NCBI GenBank assembly: GCA_943788175.1
Contig: CALSPG010000005.1
Span: 352,001 to 416,000 of the forward strand
Source: an uncultured bacterium
Lineage (GTDB): Bacteria > Fidelibacterota > Marinisomatia > Marinisomatales > UBA1611
Direction: 5' to 3'
DNA: 64,000 bases
Shown here piece by piece: positions 21,204-32,100 of the stretch; within the stretch, counting starts at the first letter, position 1; every line of letters starts with the position of its first letter. The notes under the pieces were generated by a model. The model was not told the origin of the DNA. It searched no databases and saw only the letters and a program-made list of their open reading frames with translations. Position numbers and translations under genes: made by a program.

Positions 21204-22190
21204 ATGTATAAAATTACGATGTTATTCCTAGATATGGAAAAAATTATAGAACTAAAATCAATTGAATTAGCGGATATGCTTGGCATTGGAGATCAGCACA
21301 TTAAGCTAATAGAGTCAAGTATTCCTGTCTCTATCTCAGCTAGAGGTGGTCGTTTATCTATTAATGGAAATGATGATGACATTCAAAAAGTTGATAGCCT
21401 TTTTAAAGAGATGAGTGGAACCTTTTCCAGTAAAGGAGCTCTGCATTCTACTGATGTAAGCAATTTAATTAAGCTTATTAAAACAAATAGTACAAGCTCA
21501 AATGGAACAATAAATAAAAATAACATTGTTTATAAAAGTCGGAAGGGAGTGATTGGCCCTCGCACAAAAGGTCAAGTCTCTTTTTTAGAAAACGTTATTC
21601 AAAATGATATAGCTTTTGGTATAGGCCCAGCGGGAACTGGTAAAACATTTCTGTCGATGGCTTTTGCACTCTCTTCATTAGAAGAGAATGAAGTTGATAG
21701 AATAATTCTTTGCCGCCCCGCAGTTGAAGCGGGAGAAAACCTAGGCTTTTTGCCCGGCGATTTGAAAGAAAAAGTAGATCCCTATCTATCTCCTCTTTAT
21801 GACGCATTGGATGCCTTGTTACCGAAAAAAAAATTAGGAGCATTGATTGAAAATAAAAATATTGAAATCGTTCCTTTGGCTTATATGAGAGGTCGGACTC
21901 TTGATAATGCATTTATAATTCTTGATGAAGCTCAGAATAGTACGGCAATGCAAATGAAGATGTTTCTTACAAGATTAGGCATGGGGTCTAAAGCAATTAT
22001 TAATGGTGACACAACCCAAATAGATTTAGCTGGAAATAAACTTTCTGGATTAATTCAAGCTAAAAACATTTTACAAGATGTTGAAGGTATCGGTTTTACA
22101 TATTTTGATGAATCTGATATTGTCAGACATCCATTAGTTAAAAAAATCATAGTTGCCTATGATGAGAATGATCAAAAAAACAGGGATTAA
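21204..22190 (+). CDS. PhoH-family ATPase
   Basis: GPAGTGKT, RPAVEAGENLGFLPGD, AYMRGRT, DEAQN, VRHPLV. Confidence 0.95.
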   Translation: MYKITMLFLDMEKIIELKSIELADMLGIGDQHIKLIESSIPVSISARGGRLSINGNDDDIQKVDSLFKEMSGTFSSKGALHSTDVSNLIKLIKTNSTSSNGTINKNNIVYKSRKGVIGPRTKGQVSFLENVIQNDIAFGIGPAGTGKTFLSMAFALSSLEENEVDRIILCRPAVEAGENLGFLPGDLKEKVDPYLSPLYDALDALLPKKKLGALIENKNIEIVPLAYMRGRTLDNAFIILDEAQNSTAMQMKMFLTRLGMGSKAIINGDTTQIDLAGNKLSGLIQAKNILQDVEGIGFTYFDESDIVRHPLVKKIIVAYDENDQKNRD

Positions 22191-22193
22191 GAT

Positions 22194-23342
22194 ATGAAGA
22201 ATGAATCTTACATCGTAAGTGCGCTAAGAACGCCGATTGGCTCTTTTGGTGGGCAATTATCATCATTTTCTGCGCCTAAACTAGGCGCTGAGGTTATAAA
22301 AGCGCTGACGAATAGTGAAGAAATTGGAAAAAATAAATATGACGAAGTCATAATGGGTAACGTTCTATCTGCTGGACTAGGCCAAGCTCCAGCCAGACAA
22401 GCCGCTTTATTATCCGGCTTGAATCAAAATATTGAATGTTTAACTATAAATAAAATGTGTGGTTCTGGATTAAAAGCGGTAATGCTAGCAGATGGTGCCA
22501 TTAAATCCCATGGTGCTAATGCAATCATAGCCGGTGGCATGGAGAGCATGTCAAACGCGCCGCTTCTTATGACAAAGAATCCTACTAAAATTGGTCATAA
22601 TAAAATGTTAGACAGCATGGTTCATGATGGATTATGGGATGCATACAACGATATGCACATGGGTAGTTGCGCTGAAATGCTAGCTTCAAAAAAAGGTTAT
22701 TCGCGAGAAGAGCAAGATAATTTTGCGGTACGATCTTATGAGCGTGCACAAAATGCGATTTCCAATGGTTCTTTTGAAAGTGAATTGGTTTCGATTGATT
22801 TAGTAGAAAAAGATGAAGAACCAGGAAGAGCTAAGTTTGAAAAAATACCTAAAATAAAGCCTGTTTTCGATAAAAACGGCACTATTACAGCTGCAAATGC
22901 ATCAAAGCTAAATGATGGTGCGGCTGCGATAACTTTAATGTCTAAAGAAAATGTAAAAAAATACAACTTAAAACCCCTGGCGAAAATTGTCGCTCATTGT
23001 TCTTTTGCGCATGAGCCAGAATGGTTCACAACTGCTCCGAGTCAAGTTATTAAAAAAATATTAAGCTTATCAGGTTTAACGAAAAATGATATAGATATAT
23101 GGGAAATAAATGAAGCTTTTTCAGCTGTTGCAATGTCAGCGATTGAAGACTTTGAACTAGATGAAACTAGAGTTAACATTCACGGCGGTGCAGTGGCATT
23201 GGGCCATCCAATTGGTGCTTCAGGAGCAAGAATATTGACAACTCTCGTTCATTCTTTAGGTAAGTATGATAAAAATCTTGGTTTGGCAACGCTCTGTATC
23301 GGTGGCGGAGAAGCATCTGCTATGATAGTTGAAAAATTATGA
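22194..23342 (+). CDS. Acetyl-CoA C-acetyltransferase (thiolase)
   Basis: NKMCGSG, NEAF, GHPIGASG, LCIGGG. Confidence 0.95.
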   Translation: MKNESYIVSALRTPIGSFGGQLSSFSAPKLGAEVIKALTNSEEIGKNKYDEVIMGNVLSAGLGQAPARQAALLSGLNQNIECLTINKMCGSGLKAVMLADGAIKSHGANAIIAGGMESMSNAPLLMTKNPTKIGHNKMLDSMVHDGLWDAYNDMHMGSCAEMLASKKGYSREEQDNFAVRSYERAQNAISNGSFESELVSIDLVEKDEEPGRAKFEKIPKIKPVFDKNGTITAANASKLNDGAAAITLMSKENVKKYNLKPLAKIVAHCSFAHEPEWFTTAPSQVIKKILSLSGLTKNDIDIWEINEAFSAVAMSAIEDFELDETRVNIHGGAVALGHPIGASGARILTTLVHSLGKYDKNLGLATLCIGGGEASAMIVEKL

Positions 23343-24364
23343 TGAACAAAAAAGACATAGATTGGGATAACCTTGGTTTTTATGCTCATGAAACCAAAAG
23401 TATGTTTAAGGCTATTTATACAGCCGAAAAAAAATGGCAGGTCGAAGGATTAATTCCATATGGTAATGTAAGTATGTCCCCGGCATCTACAATATTAAAC
23501 TACGGTCAAGGGATTTTTGAAGGAACCAAAGCATATCGAACTTCAAAAGATAGAGTAGCCGGTTTTAGAATTGAAGAAAATGCCGCAAGATTTGCTTCAT
23601 CCTCAGAACGCCTATGTATTCCTCAATTACCTGAGGGCCTGTTTTTAAATGCAGTGCAAGAAGTTGTAAAAGACAATTCTGATTTTTTACCAACTCAAGA
23701 GCAAGGGAGTCTTTACATTAGACCTCTAGCCTATGGAGATGGGCCTATGTTAGGCGTAAAAGCTTCAGATGATTATACTTTCTTGGTTTATGCTACCCCT
23801 GTAGGCTCATATTTTAAATCAGGCTTAAAAATGTTAGATACTATTTTAACAGATAAATATCACAGAATTGCAACAAAAAGCATTGGTTTTGCAAAAGCCG
23901 TTGGTAATTATGCGGGCACATTGCTACCCTACAAAGAAATTACATTGGAAGGATTTGATGAGGTTATATTTTTAAATTCTTCAGATGAAAATATTATTGA
24001 TGAGGCGAGATCGGCAAATGTTTTTGTTCTTAAGGGGAATGTTTTAAAAACACCCGCTTTACAAGGATCTATTCTTCCTGGGATTACTAGAGATTCAACC
24101 ATTAAGGTAGCTCGTGAATTATTTGATTTAGAAGTTTATGAGGAAGATGTCACCGTTGAAGATTTATTAAATGCTGATGAGGTTTTTTTTACTGGAACAG
24201 CTGCTGTTGTTGCACCAGCTGGGAGCATTAATTATAAAAATAATAAAGTTCAATTTGAGACCAGTTATAATGCATCTATGACAAAAAAAATCAGAGAAAA
24301 ACTTATCGATATACAATATGAAAATATCGAAGACCCGTTTGGGTGGGTTGTCCCATTAGGATGA
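23339..24364 (+). CDS. ilvE: Branched-chain amino acid aminotransferase
   Basis: YGQGIFEG, LYIRP, KAVGNY, ILPGITR, GTAAVV. Confidence 0.93.
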   Translation: MMNKKDIDWDNLGFYAHETKSMFKAIYTAEKKWQVEGLIPYGNVSMSPASTILNYGQGIFEGTKAYRTSKDRVAGFRIEENAARFASSSERLCIPQLPEGLFLNAVQEVVKDNSDFLPTQEQGSLYIRPLAYGDGPMLGVKASDDYTFLVYATPVGSYFKSGLKMLDTILTDKYHRIATKSIGFAKAVGNYAGTLLPYKEITLEGFDEVIFLNSSDENIIDEARSANVFVLKGNVLKTPALQGSILPGITRDSTIKVARELFDLEVYEEDVTVEDLLNADEVFFTGTAAVVAPAGSINYKNNKVQFETSYNASMTKKIREKLIDIQYENIEDPFGWVVPLG

Positions 24365-24798
24365 ATATGATTGAAAAAACCATTGAAAAACATCCCAGGC
24401 GTAAAGCAAGGGAGTACACCATGCAGGCACTATATGCTCTTGAAATAAATAATGGTTATCCGACTGATATTCTTGAATTATATGATCAGTCATTTAATGA
24501 GTCGGAAGATGATGAGTATATGAAGGAATTATTTCATTGTGTTGTTGAAAAAAAATCATGGGCTGATGATTTAATTACAGAGTGTCTCCAAAACTGGGAA
24601 TATGGAAGAGTAGCCATTCTTGATAAAATACTCCTCAGAATGGGTGTAAGTGAAATTTATCACATTAGCGACGTACCGCCTAAAGTGACCATAAGTGAAA
24701 TGGTTGAAATAGCAAAAGAATATAGTACTGAAGAGAGCTCAAGCTTCGTCAACGGTATTTTAGATACGATCTATAAAAATTATAGCAAAGAGAATTAA
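24361..24798 (+). CDS. nusB: Transcription antitermination factor NusB
   Basis: RRKAREYTMQALY, VPPKVTISEMVEIAKEY, FVNGILD; start codon uncertain (ATG 24361 overlaps the ilvE stop). Confidence 0.93.
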   Translation: MNMIEKTIEKHPRRKAREYTMQALYALEINNGYPTDILELYDQSFNESEDDEYMKELFHCVVEKKSWADDLITECLQNWEYGRVAILDKILLRMGVSEIYHISDVPPKVTISEMVEIAKEYSTEESSSFVNGILDTIYKNYSKEN

Positions 24799-27700
24799 AT
24801 GTTTTTAAAGAAGATTTTTGGAACCAGTTCCACCCGGTATATAAAAAAAATATTTCCAATTGTTCAAAATATCAATGATTTTTATGGCGGGCTTGAATCT
24901 AAGTCTGATCAAGATCTTGTAGATAGGACATTAGAGCTAAAAACTTTAGTTAATCAGGCCAGAGAAGAGGCTAAAGTGAAATATGAAAATGATCTAGAGG
25001 GCAATGAATTAAAGAAGAAAATATTAGAAGCAGAACAAAAAGCTTTAGATGATGTTATGGTGGAAGCTTTTGCAATGGTTAAAGAGACCTGCCGTAGAAT
25101 GGTTGGGCAAACTTTTAGGGTTTCAGGCCAGAACGAAGAATGGAATATGATACCATATGATGTCCAACTGTTAGGTGCAATGGTACTTCATAATGGTAAG
25201 GTTTCTGAAATGAAAACAGGTGAAGGAAAAACGCTTGTTGCTACAATGCCAATCTATCTAAATGCACTTACGGGAAGAGGCGTGCACGTTATTACTGTAA
25301 ATGATTATTTAGCGCAAAGAGATGCTGAATGGATGGGCGAGGTTTATAGAAGACTAGGCCTAACAGTCGGGTTTATTTTGAACTCAATGGATAATGTTAA
25401 GCGTCGCGAAATGTATGCCTGCGATATAACGTACGGAACAAATAACGAATTTGGTTTTGATTATCTTCGAAACAATATGGCGCTTCACCCAGATGAGTTG
25501 TGTCAAAGAGATTACGCCTTTGCTGTAGTAGATGAGGTGGATAGTGTTTTAATCGATGAAGCTAGGACTCCCTTAATTATTTCAGGGGCTGTTGATGCGC
25601 CAGTTGATGACACGTTTGTTAAGTTAAAACCCGATGTCCAAGACCTTGTTAGAAAACAAAATATTTTAGTATCAGAATTAATTAAAGACGTAAAAGAATT
25701 ATTAGAATCGGATAAAGACAAAGCAGGGTTAAAATTATTACAGGCTAAGCGGGCCCTGCCTAAGCATCCACAGGTTATGAAGATTTTTCAAGAACCAGGC
25801 ACGCTGAAATTATCTCAGAGCGTAGAATCGGAATACATAAGAGATAAAAAATTACATGAAGTAGATGACGATTTATATTTTTCTGTTGATGAAAAATCGC
25901 ATGTTATGGATATTACTGAAAAAGGAAGAAATGTTTTAGCTCCCAATAGCCCTGAGACTTTTATCATTCCTGACATAGGAGAACTCCTTCTAGAAATAGA
26001 TGAAAAACAAGATTTGGACAGTAGTGCAAAAGAAATAGAAAAAGAGAAGGCTCATCAATTCCATGCTCAAAGGAGCGGGCAAATCCATAATTTTAATCAG
26101 CTTCTTAGAGCTTATACAATGTATGAAAAAGACGTTGAATATGTTGTCCAAGAAGGTAAAGTGTTGATTGTAGATGAGTTTACTGGGAGAATATTAGCGG
26201 GACGCAGATACTCCGATGGCTTGCATCAAGCTCTCGAGGCAAAAGAAAGCGTAAAAATTGAGAGGGAAACGCAAACATTAGCAACGATTACAATTCAAAA
26301 CTATTTTAGGCTTTATGACAAAATCTCTGGTATGACGGGTACCGCGGAGACTGAGGCCGAAGAGTTAGGGTCAATATATGGATTAGAGGTCGTTGTCATT
26401 CCAACTCACCGTGACATCTCAAGAGACGATAGAGATGATTTAGTTTATAAGACTAAAAGAGAAAAATATAATGCTGTTGTAGATGAAATAGTCGCCGCGC
26501 ACCATCGGGGGCAGCCAGTACTTGTTGGTACGATAGCTGTTGAGACGTCTGAGCTTATAGCCAGGATGTTAAAAAGAAAAAACATTCCGCACAGTGTTTT
26601 AAATGCCAAACAGCATGAAAAAGAAGCTGAAGTTGTAGCTAGAGCTGGTCAAAAAAGTGCAGTGACTATTGCTACGAATATGGCAGGGAGAGGTACAGAT
26701 ATTAAACTCGGTGACGGCGTTAAAGAAGCAGGTGGCTTACATATACTTGGAACCGAGCGGCATGATTCTCGAAGAATCGATTTGCAATTAAGGGGTAGGT
26801 CAGGTAGACAAGGTGATGCAGGTTCGTCGGTGTTTTATTTATCTCTTGAAGATGATTTGATGCGATTATTTGGTTCAGATAAAGTAGCGAGCATCATGGA
26901 TAGAATGGGGATTGAAGAAGGTGAGGTAATTACGGCTGGGATGATTACTCGAGCTATCGGAAATGCTCAGAAAAAAGTTGAAGTAAGAAATTTTGGCGTA
27001 AGAAAACATTTGCTCGAATATGATGATGTAATGAATCAACAGAGGCAAGTCGTTTATGACTTGAGAAGTCAGGCTCTTTCTGGAAAGAATATGAGAGAGA
27101 CAGTCATGCAGGTTATTGAAGACTATATCATTGACGAGATTGAGTCCCATGCGGGAATTGATTCTATGGCTGATTGGGATTGGGATTTAATACGCAATAA
27201 TTTTGCTACTCATTTATTAGTTGATGTTAGTCATCAAAAATTAGTTTCAGAACTAGGCAAAGAAGATATTAGTTCGGATGAACTCATTGATTGGGTCACT
27301 AGCGAAGCAGAGTCTGTCTACAAAGTGAGAGAGTCGTTAGTTTCTCCAGAAGTAATCAGGGGTTTTGAAAGATTTGTTATTTTAAGGACGATAGATGAAA
27401 AATGGAAGGACCATTTATATGCTATGGATCAATTACGAGAAGGTATAAATCTTAGAGCCTATGGACAAAAAAACCCTTTATTAGAGTATAAATCTGAGGG
27501 TTTTGGAATGTTTCAAGAGATGATGAAAGACATGAATGCTGTTACGGCTCAAAGAATTTTCCGTACTCAATTACAGGGGATGGATCAAGCGCCATCATTA
27601 TCGTCAAATAGTGTAAGAAATATTAAAACAGAACACCAAGACACCACGGGAATGGGGTTTGTTGGGCAACCGTCAAGAAGTGCGAGTCAAAAAAAACCAA

Positions 27701-27834
27701 CGACTCCAGTTACTGTTGATAAAAAAATTGGAAGAAATGAGAAAATAAATGTTCAATCTCCTAGTGGAGAAAAGATTCAAATTAAATATAAAAAATTACA
27801 GCAATATTTAAATCAAGGTTATACTGAGGTGTAA
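24799..27834 (+). CDS. secA: Preprotein translocase ATPase SecA
   Basis: MKTGEGKT, DEVDSVLIDEARTPLIISG, ATNMAGRGTDI, QLRGRSGRQGD. Confidence 0.98.
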   Translation: MFLKKIFGTSSTRYIKKIFPIVQNINDFYGGLESKSDQDLVDRTLELKTLVNQAREEAKVKYENDLEGNELKKKILEAEQKALDDVMVEAFAMVKETCRRMVGQTFRVSGQNEEWNMIPYDVQLLGAMVLHNGKVSEMKTGEGKTLVATMPIYLNALTGRGVHVITVNDYLAQRDAEWMGEVYRRLGLTVGFILNSMDNVKRREMYACDITYGTNNEFGFDYLRNNMALHPDELCQRDYAFAVVDEVDSVLIDEARTPLIISGAVDAPVDDTFVKLKPDVQDLVRKQNILVSELIKDVKELLESDKDKAGLKLLQAKRALPKHPQVMKIFQEPGTLKLSQSVESEYIRDKKLHEVDDDLYFSVDEKSHVMDITEKGRNVLAPNSPETFIIPDIGELLLEIDEKQDLDSSAKEIEKEKAHQFHAQRSGQIHNFNQLLRAYTMYEKDVEYVVQEGKVLIVDEFTGRILAGRRYSDGLHQALEAKESVKIERETQTLATITIQNYFRLYDKISGMTGTAETEAEELGSIYGLEVVVIPTHRDISRDDRDDLVYKTKREKYNAVVDEIVAAHHRGQPVLVGTIAVETSELIARMLKRKNIPHSVLNAKQHEKEAEVVARAGQKSAVTIATNMAGRGTDIKLGDGVKEAGGLHILGTERHDSRRIDLQLRGRSGRQGDAGSSVFYLSLEDDLMRLFGSDKVASIMDRMGIEEGEVITAGMITRAIGNAQKKVEVRNFGVRKHLLEYDDVMNQQRQVVYDLRSQALSGKNMRETVMQVIEDYIIDEIESHAGIDSMADWDWDLIRNNFATHLLVDVSHQKLVSELGKEDISSDELIDWVTSEAESVYKVRESLVSPEVIRGFERFVILRTIDEKWKDHLYAMDQLREGINLRAYGQKNPLLEYKSEGFGMFQEMMKDMNAVTAQRIFRTQLQGMDQAPSLSSNSVRNIKTEHQDTTGMGFVGQPSRSASQKKPTTPVTVDKKIGRNEKINVQSPSGEKIQIKYKKLQQYLNQGYTEV

Positions 27835-27837
27835 ATT

Positions 27838-29001
27838 ATGTCAAAAGAAAATAAATTTGAAACCAATGCCATTCATGTAGGCAATAAGCCCGATCCTTCA
27901 ACCGGGTCTATTTCCCCACCAATTCACCTAACCTCTACTTATGTTCAAGATGGAATCGGGAAAAATAAAGGCTTTGATTATTCAAGAGGCACTAATCCAA
28001 CTCGTGAAAGGCTAGAGAAAAATATAGCTTCTTTAGAGGGTGGCTATGATGCAATTGCATTCTCAAGTGGTATGGCTGCAACCACGGCACTATTACAACA
28101 TCTAAAGCAAGGTGACCATATAATAATTTCTAGAAATGTTTATGGTGGTACCTATCGAATGACCACTCAAGTATTGAGTAACCATGGTTTGAAATTTGAT
28201 TTTGTTGATACAACGGATGTGCAAAATATTAAAAAAGCAATCAAGCCAGAAACCAAGTGGGTTTTTATTGAAACGCCTACAAATCCTATGCTTGAAGTAA
28301 CTGATATTGCTGCGGTTTCAAAAATATGTAAAGAGGGTAATATAAAATTTGCTGTTGATAATACCTTTATGAGTCCTTTTGGGCAACGTCCAATTGAGCA
28401 TGGTGCAGATTGTGTTATGCACAGTACAACAAAATTCATTGGTGGGCATAGCGATGTGCTTGGTGGCGTTTTGGTGGCCAAAGATAAAGAGTTGGCAGAT
28501 AAATTACATTTCATCCAAAAATCGGGAGGAGCTATTCCAAGTCCTTTTGATGCTTGGCTCCTTTTAAGGTCTGTTAAAACATTAGGGATGCGAGTTCAAA
28601 AAGCGTCAGATAATGCTATGGTGATTGCAAAGTATTTTGATTCCAATTCAAAAATTGCTAAAACAATTTATCCAGGCTTGGAATCTCACCCCCAAAATAG
28701 TATATCCAAAAAGCAGCAAATTACGCCTCATGGAGATATCATATTCGGCAGCATGGTTTCTATCGTTTTTCATTCTAAGATTGAGATGGAAGCCTTTATC
28801 AAGAAAATAAATCTATTTTCACTAGCAGAAAGTCTGGGTGGGGTAGAGAGTCTTATGTCTGTTCCGTATTTTATGACTCATGCTGATGTCCCAGCGGATG
28901 TTAAAGCTGAGATGGACTTAGTTCCAGAGTTGTTAAGACTTGCTGTAGGAATTGAGCATATCGATGATTTAATTGAAGATATAGAGAATGCTTTATCTTA
29001 A
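27838..29001 (+). CDS. Cys/Met metabolism PLP enzyme (cystathionine gamma-lyase/synthase)
   Basis: YSRGTNPTR, ETPTNP, VDNTF, HSTTKFIGGHSD, AESLGGVESL. Confidence 0.93.
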   Translation: MSKENKFETNAIHVGNKPDPSTGSISPPIHLTSTYVQDGIGKNKGFDYSRGTNPTRERLEKNIASLEGGYDAIAFSSGMAATTALLQHLKQGDHIIISRNVYGGTYRMTTQVLSNHGLKFDFVDTTDVQNIKKAIKPETKWVFIETPTNPMLEVTDIAAVSKICKEGNIKFAVDNTFMSPFGQRPIEHGADCVMHSTTKFIGGHSDVLGGVLVAKDKELADKLHFIQKSGGAIPSPFDAWLLLRSVKTLGMRVQKASDNAMVIAKYFDSNSKIAKTIYPGLESHPQNSISKKQQITPHGDIIFGSMVSIVFHSKIEMEAFIKKINLFSLAESLGGVESLMSVPYFMTHADVPADVKAEMDLVPELLRLAVGIEHIDDLIEDIENALS

Positions 29002-29127
29002 TTAATTAGTGGCAAGTTTTACCATTTAATACTTATTATTTTTCGGTACAGAGTCTTAGATTATAACCTTTGCTGATAGAATTGTATTTTATGTGCAATC
29101 AAAAATTTCATTTTGGAGGTAGTTTTA

Positions 29128-32100
29128 ATGTTTAAATATTTAAATAATGCGTTTTTGTCTCTTGCGCTTGTCTTCTCCTTTATTGGGGCGCAGGATGTTG
29201 AGCTTACAATAGTAGACACTTCGTTTGCTGGTTACACGGATGAAATCATTGTGCCTATTTTAATCTCAAACCCGAACAATAATGTCGGTGGAGTTCAATT
29301 TGATGTATCAGTAAGTCCTAACATGGTGAGTTTAACAGGTGTTTCATCCGTGGGTAATGCTTCTAGTTTTTCTGCTGCTTACAATGCGTTAAGTGATGGT
29401 AGTTCAAGAGTAGTATTTTATAATGGGAGTGATCCAAGTGGCCTAAACCCTGGTACAGATGCTAGAGTTCTAAATCTCCATTTTGGAGGCACAGACGTGT
29501 TGTCTGCTGTTCTTGAAATTAAATTAAACAATTTAATTGTAAGTGATGGAGAGGGTGGAGTTCTTACTTCTCAATCGTCATCTGGAAATCTTACAATTGG
29601 TGATGTAGTATACTTAAGCGGATCAACTTCTACTGGGGATGTTGGTGAAACCGTTTCTATTGACTTTAGTATTAGTAATACAGGCGCAGTCGGAGGAGTT
29701 CAATTCGATGTTAAAGATAGCCCAAACTATTTAAGTTTAGTCTCAGTTGCTACAACAGCTAGGACTGCAGAATTTTCTGCTGATTTTAATAATATTAATG
29801 ATGGTGACACTTCACGAATTATTCTTTTTAGCTCTGATAATGTTAACCTAGCACCAGGTACAGGTCCGGTACTTTCAGCAACTTTTGAAATTGTAAATAA
29901 TGCCTATGCTGATTCTGTTTCTGTTTTTATGGAAAACATCCTGGTTACAGATGGTGTTGGTGGTAGTTATTGGATAGCAGCGGCTGACTCTGGTACTGTA
30001 GCAGTTTACCCCGGGTATATCGAAGAGCCTTCTAACTTGCAAGCTATTGATGGTCAAGATGCCTATGTTGCATTGTCATGGAACCCGCCATCAGGCCCTA
30101 TACCAGATAACATAACTGAAGATTTTGAAGATGGGATTCCAGACGATTGGACACTTACAACTAGTTCTGCGCAAGGGTGGTATTTAACTACAGATTGCAC
30201 GAGTGAATGGTGGACAGTTCCTGCACACACAAACTATATGTGTTCTAATGATGACCAGGCAAACGATGACGGAGCGCTGGATTATATGGTTACTCCAATG
30301 CTAAACGTTAGCGGAGCTGCAAGTGTCATACTAAACTTTGATTCATATTTTGATGGGGCCTATGGTCAAACTGCTTCTATTGGTGTAAGTGATAATGGAG
30401 TAGATTTTACAGAGGTGTATCCGTTAGTTGCTGGAACAGAGTGGATTAATGAGACAGTAGATTTAACGCCTTTTATTACTGGCGATAATTTGTATATTTT
30501 ATTTCATTCAAATGATAATGCAGCTTGGGCGTCTGGATGGGCGGTTGATGATATTTCAATTTCTTTTGAAACTCGAGTAATTCCTGAGAGATTAGTACAT
30601 TATAATTTAACAGATCTGGGTGAGTGGGTAGTCAGCGCTCCTAAAGAGGATGTCATGAACAAGTACGGAGGCGGAATTCCTTTTGCAGATAGAATTGATT
30701 TAGACAACCCAGTTAATCTTAATAACCAACGTCCTGTAGCTATTGATGCCTATAAAGTTTACAAATCACTAAGTGAGACGTCTGATTTTGAAGAAATTGT
30801 TGAGCTAGAAGCCAGTGTGACTTCTTATACAGACGAAGATGTCGTAAATAATACTGCCTACTATTATTATGTGACAGCTATATATCCTGATGGTTCTGAA
30901 TCTGTACCGACAAGTACTGTATCAGCAACCCCGGTTGAATGGATAGAGTGTTACATTAGTGATGGTGGCTCTTTGACTGGCATAGCCGATACAATAGATA
31001 TCTCCGTTAATAATGAAAGTTTATTGGGTGGTTTATTTTTTGAAATTGAAGATTTCCCAGATGTCCTTGTTGGAGAGAGTGTTTTGCCAGCTGAAAGAAC
31101 GACTGGAACAAATGGACAACCTTCATGGACCTTTTCATTATTAGATGATAATGGAAAAATTTCAATTGCAGGCTTTGGACCTCTAGCGGGTGCAGCTGCT
31201 CTTGAGCCAGGTAATGGCCCTGTATGTAGAGTCGTCGTTCGACCTCAAGGAGACCAAGCTCAGACTTTAACACTTACAATGACAGATGTTCAGATTCAAG
31301 ACACTAGTAACCCACCAGTACAATTAAACTGGACAGCAGAAACTGCAGCTTATGAAGTGGGAATTGAAACGCAATATATTATGTTAACTGATGGAAACGC
31401 AGCGCCTGGTGCTCAGCTAAGCTCATCAATGTGCTTAGTAAATACACAAGATGTTTATGGAATTCAAGTTGAATTTGTTGCTGATCCGCCATTCGTAAGC
31501 GGGTCGGGTCTACAAGTAACTGATTTACTAGACTTAAGCACTTGGTCAGTTTCTTCTCAACAACTTGGTAATACATTTACACTATTACTTTTTGATAACA
31601 CTCTTAGTAATCCTGTACCTCCAGGATACTGGTACTTAGGCGAGGTTTTAATAGATGTCCTTCCTGGATCTCCTGAAGATTTTATTGTTGATGTTGAATA
31701 TGGAGAGATGATTTTGTCCGATGCTTATAATCAGCCTATGATATCTGTTGGTTTACCTTCAGAAGTTTATATAGGTGCGCCTCCAGTTTCTTACAGTATC
31801 CACAACGTAGAAGGTCTACTAACTCCAGGGGGTGAGGGCTCTTTTGAAGTTCACATGACGAATACAGAAACAGTTGGTACTATGTCTTTTGAAATTGAAG
31901 ATGCTCCAGAGTATCTAACGGTTACTTCTGTAGAAGCCGTTGGTAGATTTGCAAATGGAATTATTGACGGAAGCACGGGTGAAGACTCTAATAATGAGAA
32001 CTTTTATTTTCTTGGATATGACTTTACTGGTGGAATTCCTGAAGGTGACGGTCCAATAATAAAAGTAAATGTTCAAATGTCTCAAAATATAAATAACCCA

